Source: Mizuhopecten yessoensis
Lineage: Eukaryota
DNA length: 64,000 nt
NCBI RefSeq assembly: GCF_002113885.1
Contig: NW_018404852.1
Span: 60,359 to 124,358 of the forward strand
Direction: 5' to 3'
The position numbers were made by a program, and so were the translations under genes. Position 1 is the stretch's first letter; each line of letters opens with the position of its first letter. Below the pieces are notes generated by a model. The model saw nothing but the letters and a program-made list of their open reading frames with translations. It did no database searches and was not told the DNA's origin. Positions 62,960 through 64,000 of the stretch are shown piece after piece.

Positions 62960-64000
62960 ACGAGGGACATTTAATAAATTCTGTCGCTTGTATCAGGAAT
63001 CATATATATGATGTATATAGTTTGATTGTTTGTTTCTATTAGAATCCTTCGAGGTATCCCCCTTATCAGGAACGTATTTTGAGATCGCGCTATCCATGAC
63101 ATTGACGCTGCGCGGTGGTCTCCCCTTGGTATACCTGCAAGACACTGCCCAGAGCACTCCTAGAGGCATACCGTTTTTCAGCGAGCTTTTTCTTTAGTAA
63201 TGGAAACAGGAAGAAGTCCAAGGGGCTTAGATCTGGTGAATAGGTTGGGTGGTCAGTCATTGCTATCTTCCCTTGCTTAAACAAACGCCTGTACAATTTT
63301 GTTGTTGGGTGATGAATCATTGTTGTGAATTAGCTTGATGCCATTCAACACTTTACTTGGACGCTTTTTTATGTATAATCTTTTGACAGACTTCAGTACT
63401 TTGTGTTTAACTTAGCAGTTATAGTTTTCCCTTCCGTGCATGGTATCAGATCCACATGCCATCTAGAATTGAAAAACACATGGTATACAAAACGTTCTTG
63501 GTGCTTTTTATACGTCTTGCAATCACTGGTCTTTTTATCTCTTGATAACCATTATTAATACGCCTCTGGTGTTCTCATCCCCTGTATGTTACTCTCTTGA
63601 AGCTCTCTTGAATCGCAATTATCATGCTTTTGCAATATATTTTAGCACATTTCAAACGTTTGACGTTTTGTTCAGATGTCAGCAAATTGGAGATCCATCG
63701 GGCACAAAGCTTCTTTAATTGCAAGCGCTTGGTCAGAATAGGATGTGAACTGCCTTCTGAAATGCCATCCATATGAGCTTTCTCAGATACAGTATCACGA
63801 CCATCATCTTAATGATTGTTTTCACAGAAGCTATAAGTTTTTCTTTGATGCTGCAACTACCTGGCTGTGTGTCCTTTTAGATGTCACCTTTACCATTCTT
63901 TATCTTGTTCATCCATCCTACATGAAAACAGTTGTTCTCAATGAGAACAGAGGTGCTTTCTGTAAAGCACACTGTGCTTCGATGGAGGAGCATACTTCAG
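62960..64000 (-). mobile_element. Decayed mariner transposon (transposase pseudogene), runs off window
   Basis: YSPDLSPLDFFLFPLLKKKL and LKKLCARWISNLLT (WVPHEL-like) motifs in broken ORFs; TACGAGGG TIR start near 62960. Confidence 0.88.

Overview
AT-rich, intron-rich eukaryotic DNA, most consistent with a bivalve mollusc (inferred from the repeat families and gene types; not proven). Five protein-coding genes can be rebuilt with GT-AG boundaries and consistent phases: (1) a 284-aa minus-strand protein with a signal peptide, an agrin-NtA/CCDC3-like domain and a Thr/Pro stalk (16513-20269); (2) an intronless orphan class A GPCR with a 23-aa x6 C-tail repeat (27239-28870); (3) RPF1 (9 exons, minus); (4) DOHH (4 exons, plus), head-to-head with RPF1; (5) a 427-aa type I receptor with an F-type-lectin-like domain, four EGF-like exons, a TM helix and a short tail (55132-62706). 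The rest is minisatellites, three copies of one tRNA-SINE, Helentron-type non-autonomous elements, MITEs of several DNA-transposon superfamilies (one only 31 bp), a mariner relic, and miniature LTR elements whose LTRs carry a tRNA-like Pol III promoter. No CRISPR or prokaryotic system is present. The most unusual items are the tRNA-bearing mini-LTR elements, the 31-bp micro-transposon, the NtA-like protein and the repeat-tailed GPCR; none can be shown to be undescribed without database searches.
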